Assembly (NCBI GenBank): GCA_963662655.2
Contig: CAXXTU010000002.1
Span: 1,376,001-1,440,000 of the forward strand
Direction of reading: 5' to 3'
Source of the DNA: Candidatus Cloacimonadales bacterium
GTDB taxonomy: Bacteria > Cloacimonadota > Cloacimonadia > Cloacimonadales > JAIOQZ01
DNA length: 64,000 bases
Of this stretch, positions 59,060 to 64,000 are shown in pieces (within the stretch, counting starts at the first letter, position 1; each line of letters opens with the position of its first letter). The notes beneath the pieces are model-generated. The model was not told the origin of the DNA, did no database searches, and saw only the letters and a program-made list of their open reading frames with translations. A program made the position numbers and the translations under genes.

Positions 59060-60157
59060 CTATCTCCCTGTCTCGTTCAGCGTCATCGTAAGGCGGTTCT
59101 CCCCTCCGGCGCGTAACCACTTGATATCATGCACGATTCCCTTCAGCAAGCTGATCCCGATCTGATCCTCCACCTCGGCGGAATCCAGGAAATTCCCCAA
59201 ATTGTTGCGGTCTGTGAAAAGTAACTGAAGCTCACCGTTCTTCTCCGAATAAGTCAGCTCCAGCGTTATCTCATGATGCTCTGCATTGGAGAAATACAGC
59301 GCCAAGGTCTCCTCGACGGCCAGTAGCGTGTGGTAGGTCATTTTCTTACTGAAGAAAAACTTCTCGCAAAACTGCTCGATCTCGCCGTTCATCTTGTAAA
59401 CGTCATAGGATCGAGAATCGATGTGAAAAAGATAGTTCCGTAACCTGTGTATGAACGAAATCGTATTCTTTTTCTGCGGAGCGTCGAATATCTGCTCGGG
59501 CGGCCCCGATTCGTAGATAATCCCCTCATTCATGTAAAACACCCGGTTCGATACATCGCGCGCAAAATCCATCTCATGGGTCACGATCGCCATGGTCATG
59601 CCGTCTCGCGCAAGCCTGCGAATAACGGAGAGCACCTCGCTGATCATCGTTGGGTCGAGCGCGGAAGTAGGTTCATCGAAAAGAATAATCTCCGGATCCA
59701 TGGAAAGGCACCGCGCGATGGCCACTCGCTGCTGCTGTCCTCCTGAAAGCTCTTCCGGCAGGCTGTTTCTTTTATCCGCCAGCCCCACCATATCGAGCAA
59801 TTCCATGCCGCGAACCTCCGCCTGCTTCTTCTCTCGTTTCAATAACTTGACTGGCCCAACCGTGAGGTTTTCCAGTACTGTCATGTGCGGGAAAAGGTTG
59901 AACGATTGAAACACCATCCCCATCTTCTGGCGAACCTTCGTAACCTTTGCGCCATGCTTGAGGATATTCTCGCCGTCGATGACGATCTCGCCACCGTCGG
60001 GATGCTCCAGAAGATTGATGCAGCGCAGTAGCGTACTCTTACCCGTGCCGCTCGGGCCGATGATCGAAATAACTTCGCCCTTCTCGATGGTCGCGTCGAT
60101 CTTCTTCAAAACCTGCAACGAGCCGAAGCTCTTGGAAAGATTGCGTATCTCGATCAT
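59060..60157 (-). CDS. Polar amino acid ABC transporter ATPase (GlnQ-like) with C-terminal extension
   Basis: GPSGTGKST, MVFQSFNLFPH, LSGGQQQRVAIAR, FDEPTSALDP, VTHEM; about 125 extra residues. Confidence 0.94.
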   Translation of the reverse strand: MIEIRNLSKSFGSLQVLKKIDATIEKGEVISIIGPSGTGKSTLLRCINLLEHPDGGEIVIDGENILKHGAKVTKVRQKMGMVFQSFNLFPHMTVLENLTVGPVKLLKREKKQAEVRGMELLDMVGLADKRNSLPEELSGGQQQRVAIARCLSMDPEIILFDEPTSALDPTMISEVLSVIRRLARDGMTMAIVTHEMDFARDVSNRVFYMNEGIIYESGPPEQIFDAPQKKNTISFIHRLRNYLFHIDSRSYDVYKMNGEIEQFCEKFFFSKKMTYHTLLAVEETLALYFSNAEHHEITLELTYSEKNGELQLLFTDRNNLGNFLDSAEVEDQIGISLLKGIVHDIKWLRAGGENRLTMTLNETGR

Positions 60158-63120
60158 GACAACCTCCTTCTCTTACTGCGGCTGGGCTCAAGGCGCTTCT
60201 CAAAGGCGGTCAGTCCCACCAGAAGCAGCCAGGATATGAAGAAATACAGCGCCGCCACCATGATCAGAGGGAAAAAGGCGTCGAACGTTCTACTGCGGAT
60301 GATGTCCCCCGCTCTCGTCAAATCCTCTACTGCGATGTAGCCCACAATGGAAGTCGTCTTGACCAGCGAGATCACCTCACCCTTGTAAACGGGTAGAATC
60401 CTTCGGATCGCCTGCGGAGCTACAATATATAAAAACGTTTGCAACCGAGAGAATCCCATGGCGATCCCCGCCTCCGTCTGCCCCTTCGACACACCCTCGA
60501 TTCCGCTTCGGTACATCTCAGAAACATACGCCGCAAGATTGAACCCGAAAGCGATGATGGACACGATCACCGGATCGATATTCACCGAACCGAAGATGAT
60601 GTAGAACGTTATCATCAGGATCACCAGAATCGGCGTACCGCGCAGAATGGAAATAAACAGCCGGGCAATCAAGTTTACCGCCTTGATCTTCGACATCCGC
60701 ATGAAGCAGACCAGCACGCCCATCAGCGTACCGCTGAGCACCGACCAGAAAGAGATGATCGCGGTCGTTTTCAAACCGGAAACGATCAGCAGATAGCGTT
60801 TTTCGTGGATCACATTGTTATAAAAACTTTCGGCAACCTTCTGCAGGAAGGCCGGGATGCGTTTCTCCTCTTCAGCAACGCCCATATCTTTTCGTGTCAC
60901 GAAAACCGCGGGGAGCGAGACGTACGGATCGGAGAAATCCACCTGCTTTGCCCGTTCCTCCGTAATCGTAATCCCGTCCGTTATAAGATCGACCTTTCCA
61001 GCCGCCAGGGCATTGATGAGGGACGGAAAATTCATGATCACATTCTCAACCCTGTAGCCGGCCTCCTTCGCGAATCGCTGCACGAGCTCGAGGTCGAAAC
61101 CTACATACTCGTTATCCCTCAGGGCCACAAACGGAAGTTCTACCGCATCGAAGCCCAGCCTCAAGACAGGCGCGTCATCGTCGAACTCGATCTTTGGCAT
61201 CTCCGCTTTCTCCGGGTCTCCGTCGAGCCAGCGTGAAACCATCTCCTGATAAACACCCGTCTCCCGCGCTTTCGCGAGAAACTCGTTGAACTGCTCCCTC
61301 AATTCCGGGTTGTTCTTGTTGAAGGCAACCCCCAAGGGCATGTTGAAAACAGCTTCATAGGTGGATGTCAGCTCAGGATTCAACTTCAGCATCGCTCTGG
61401 CTGTTAGTTCATCAACCATGAAGGAGTCAATTTTCCTGCTTGTCAGCGAGATCGTCATATCGGAAATCCGGTTGTAACGTTTGATATTCGACTCCGGATA
61501 TTCTTCCATCAGAAAGGTGTCGTAAACCGATCCCTCGAAAACGCCTGTCGGCCTTTGCAGAATCGCCTTGAACGGATTCTTCTCCCGGGAACGCGCCAAC
61601 CGTGAATTGAGCACGACAATCGCGTTCCCCACCGAGACATAAGGTTCAGAGAAAGCGATGCTCTTCTCCCGCTCGGGCGTGATGGAGATGCAAGCCGATA
61701 TTAGATCGACCTTACCGGAGACGAGCGCGTTGATGAGCGAACCGAAATTGATCGCCTGGATGTCGAGCTTGTAGCCCTGATCCTGAGCGAATCGGCGGAT
61801 CATCTCGATGTCGAATCCCGTATATTCCTGATTGACATAACCGACAAACGGCAGATTCAAAACAAACGTACCCAAATGGAGCGTCGGCCCCTCCTCTGGG
61901 AGCTCAATGTCGGGCATCACGGCTTTCTCGGGATCATTCTCCAGCCAGCGGTCCACCATATCATCGTATACGCCGTTCGCGCGGATTTTGTGCATGAAGG
62001 TATTGAATTGATCGCGTAGTTTTATATTGTCTTTGCTGAAACCCACGCCGGAAGGAATGGGCGCAATGTCTTCTGCAAGCAGACCGAACTTCGGATTGTT
62101 ACGCGCAATCGATTTCGCCAGATAGACATCCAGCAGAATGGCGTCCGTCTTCCCCCTATCGAGCGCGACAAGCATGTCGGAGGTGGCGTCGTAGCGCTGG
62201 ACTTCCACCGTCGGATAGTTCTCGCCGAGGAACTGCTCGTAAAAGGAGCCGGTGAATACCCCCACTCGCTTCCCACGAATATCATCGGCGGTAGCCATCA
62301 ATTGAGGCGGGACCATGTTCTTGTTCATCGCCAGAACGCCCGTGCGCAACGCAATGTAAGGATCGCTGAAATTGACCTTCTGCTGACGCTCCGGCGTAAT
62401 CGCGATACCATCGGCGATGATATCGACCTTGCCGGAAGCAAGCGCTGCGACCAGCGAGCCGAAGGCGATGGTCGATATCTCCATCCGGCTATTCTGGTTC
62501 TTGGCGAATCGTTGCAGCATTTCGATATCGAAACCAACGTAGCGATTGTCCATGTATGCTACGTATGGCAAATCGGAGACATCCACGGCCACTCGAATCA
62601 GCGGTCCATCCATCGGGAGCTCGATCTCGGGCATCACTGCGTCTTCGGGATCGTTGATGAACCAGCGATCCTCCATTTCCTTGTAGACGCCGTTGGCCCT
62701 GATCTCTTTCAAGTAGGCGTTGAACCGCTCCAGGAGGTCGGGATTGTTCTTGTTGAATCCCACTCCGAGATCCAGGTCGAGAATGTCGTCTGCCAGGAGC
62801 CCCAATTCCGGGTTGTTCTTGATCAGAAGCTTGGCCAGTACCAGGTCCATCATCGCCGCGTCAACTTTCTCCGTCTTGAGGGCCAGCACCATATCCGCTA
62901 CTGCTTCGTAGCGATGTATCTTCGCCGTCGGATAGTGCTCGGCCACAAACATATCGTGAATCGTGCCATCGTATACCGCCACCCGTTTCCCGTGAAGATC
63001 GTCAACCGTACGCAGCAGAATTGACGCATCCGGTCCGGTCGTAGCATGCAACGAATTCACTGCGAAGAGTGCGTACAGAAATAGCCTGATCCACAGCTTA
63101 GCTCTCGTAAAAGCTCTCAT
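60154..63120 (-). CDS. Polar amino acid ABC transporter with three substrate-binding domains fused to the permease
   Basis: Three repeats of P.....GFD.E..RFA...LI.AL.SGKVD.I...I.IT.ER...V.FS.PY; C-terminal RGTP, AY.SE..RSGI, GQ.EA..A.G, PQA.R. Confidence 0.93.
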   Translation of the reverse strand: MRAFTRAKLWIRLFLYALFAVNSLHATTGPDASILLRTVDDLHGKRVAVYDGTIHDMFVAEHYPTAKIHRYEAVADMVLALKTEKVDAAMMDLVLAKLLIKNNPELGLLADDILDLDLGVGFNKNNPDLLERFNAYLKEIRANGVYKEMEDRWFINDPEDAVMPEIELPMDGPLIRVAVDVSDLPYVAYMDNRYVGFDIEMLQRFAKNQNSRMEISTIAFGSLVAALASGKVDIIADGIAITPERQQKVNFSDPYIALRTGVLAMNKNMVPPQLMATADDIRGKRVGVFTGSFYEQFLGENYPTVEVQRYDATSDMLVALDRGKTDAILLDVYLAKSIARNNPKFGLLAEDIAPIPSGVGFSKDNIKLRDQFNTFMHKIRANGVYDDMVDRWLENDPEKAVMPDIELPEEGPTLHLGTFVLNLPFVGYVNQEYTGFDIEMIRRFAQDQGYKLDIQAINFGSLINALVSGKVDLISACISITPEREKSIAFSEPYVSVGNAIVVLNSRLARSREKNPFKAILQRPTGVFEGSVYDTFLMEEYPESNIKRYNRISDMTISLTSRKIDSFMVDELTARAMLKLNPELTSTYEAVFNMPLGVAFNKNNPELREQFNEFLAKARETGVYQEMVSRWLDGDPEKAEMPKIEFDDDAPVLRLGFDAVELPFVALRDNEYVGFDLELVQRFAKEAGYRVENVIMNFPSLINALAAGKVDLITDGITITEERAKQVDFSDPYVSLPAVFVTRKDMGVAEEEKRIPAFLQKVAESFYNNVIHEKRYLLIVSGLKTTAIISFWSVLSGTLMGVLVCFMRMSKIKAVNLIARLFISILRGTPILVILMITFYIIFGSVNIDPVIVSIIAFGFNLAAYVSEMYRSGIEGVSKGQTEAGIAMGFSRLQTFLYIVAPQAIRRILPVYKGEVISLVKTTSIVGYIAVEDLTRAGDIIRSRTFDAFFPLIMVAALYFFISWLLLVGLTAFEKRLEPSRSKRRRLS

Positions 63121-63288
63121 GTTTTCTCCCTGAATCATTTGTGTAAATTGCTCAATTGGATTGATATCCATGTTATGGAATACGGTTAAGAATATTCGCG
63201 CTACGGCTTCATTCTGTCAAGCAGAGAAGTGAGTTACCAGATAATATAAGAATCGTTAATACATTCTTTGGCGCAAATTGTTGAAACG

Positions 63289-63999
63289 CTATACTTTCTC
63301 TTTCGTTTCCTTATCCAGCGTGACCATCTTTGTATCCGGACTGTAGAAATCGAAGACATATTTGTTGCTCTCGCGGTAACGCTCCAAAATCTTGCTGATG
63401 CGCTCCACCGCGTTATTCAATCGCTTGAGATACGTTTTCTCTTTCTCGGAGAGCGAGTTCTGGCTAAGGGATGCAACAAGCAGTTCCAGGTTTCCCTGAA
63501 TGACCATAAGCGGCTGATTGATCTCGTGATTCGCAGTTACAGCCATCGCAAGCGCCGAGTTTCGCCGCTCGAGATCGATCATCTCGTTGCCTTGTTGCAT
63601 GAGGAGGGTATTGGCTATTTTCAGGTCGTTGTTGATCTTCTTGAGTTCTTCCGATTCCTTGCGCTGCATCTTCAATTCAAGCTGCGCCGTAACCTCTTCC
63701 ACCTTCTTCGCCATGTTCTCCTGAGCGATTTTCCCGTGCATCCCGATCAACTCGCGGAGGTTGTCCGACGATTCTTTCAGGGTCTCATACGCCTTCATCG
63801 GCTCGTTGAGCGAGACATAGGTCAGCGCTTTGCTATCCAGTACATCGGCGTGCGCTTGCATGTACCACAGATGCAGCTTCTTGGCCTCGATCTCCTCAAT
63901 AAGCTTTCTCGCTTCCTCCAGGCGCTCCTCGATCCAAGGAAACGCGTCGATGTCACCCCGGTTGTGGGCATCCTCGGCAAGCATGTAGCTCATGACGAT
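63289..63999 (-). CDS. HisKA/DHp-containing protein lacking a C-terminal ATPase domain (5' end outside the window)
   Basis: Coiled coil then AMAVTANHEINQPL.VI.GN.EL, ending about 80 aa after the His; frame open to the window edge. Confidence 0.8.
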   Translation of the reverse strand: MVMSYMLAEDAHNRGDIDAFPWIEERLEEARKLIEEIEAKKLHLWYMQAHADVLDSKALTYVSLNEPMKAYETLKESSDNLRELIGMHGKIAQENMAKKVEEVTAQLELKMQRKESEELKKINNDLKIANTLLMQQGNEMIDLERRNSALAMAVTANHEINQPLMVIQGNLELLVASLSQNSLSEKEKTYLKRLNNAVERISKILERYRESNKYVFDFYSPDTKMVTLDKETKEKV

Positions 64000-64000
64000 G

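Noticed and set aside
54924..64000. Genomic island integrated at the CAT tRNA
   Set aside because: The flank is AT-rich, but no integrase and no duplicated tRNA 3' end were found in the window

Overview
64 kb of a moderately GC-rich bacterial chromosome, probably an anaerobic amino-acid fermenter such as Candidatus Cloacimonadota (inferred from gene content, not proven). Most of it is housekeeping: murJ, uvrC, lgt, purB/purS/purQ, pssA, thyX, deoC, rlmN, PBP1A, ade, rlmD, the rpsU-yqeY-cvpA-mutS2-dnaG-rpoD block and three tRNAs (Pro-CGG, Leu-CAG, CAT probably Ile2). The less ordinary parts are: (i) a low-GC orphan RHS toxin-tip/immunity cassette, flanked by a duplicated RHS core fragment and interrupted by an inverted-repeat mini-insertion; (ii) two related intergenic four-way-junction elements plus other REP-like structures; (iii) a three-gene module of unknown function built around a GlmL/MutL-type ATPase with no adjacent mutase; (iv) an arginine-synthetase (ArcE)-like gene; (v) an amino-acid ABC system with three fused binding domains, whose ATPase carries a degenerate GHKL-like tail, next to a DHp-only kinase; (vi) an apparently dead Psd homolog beside pssA; (vii) two small ORFs missing from the ORF track. 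No CRISPR array, rRNA or intact transposase/integrase was seen. All family assignments come from motif recognition by eye, not database searches.
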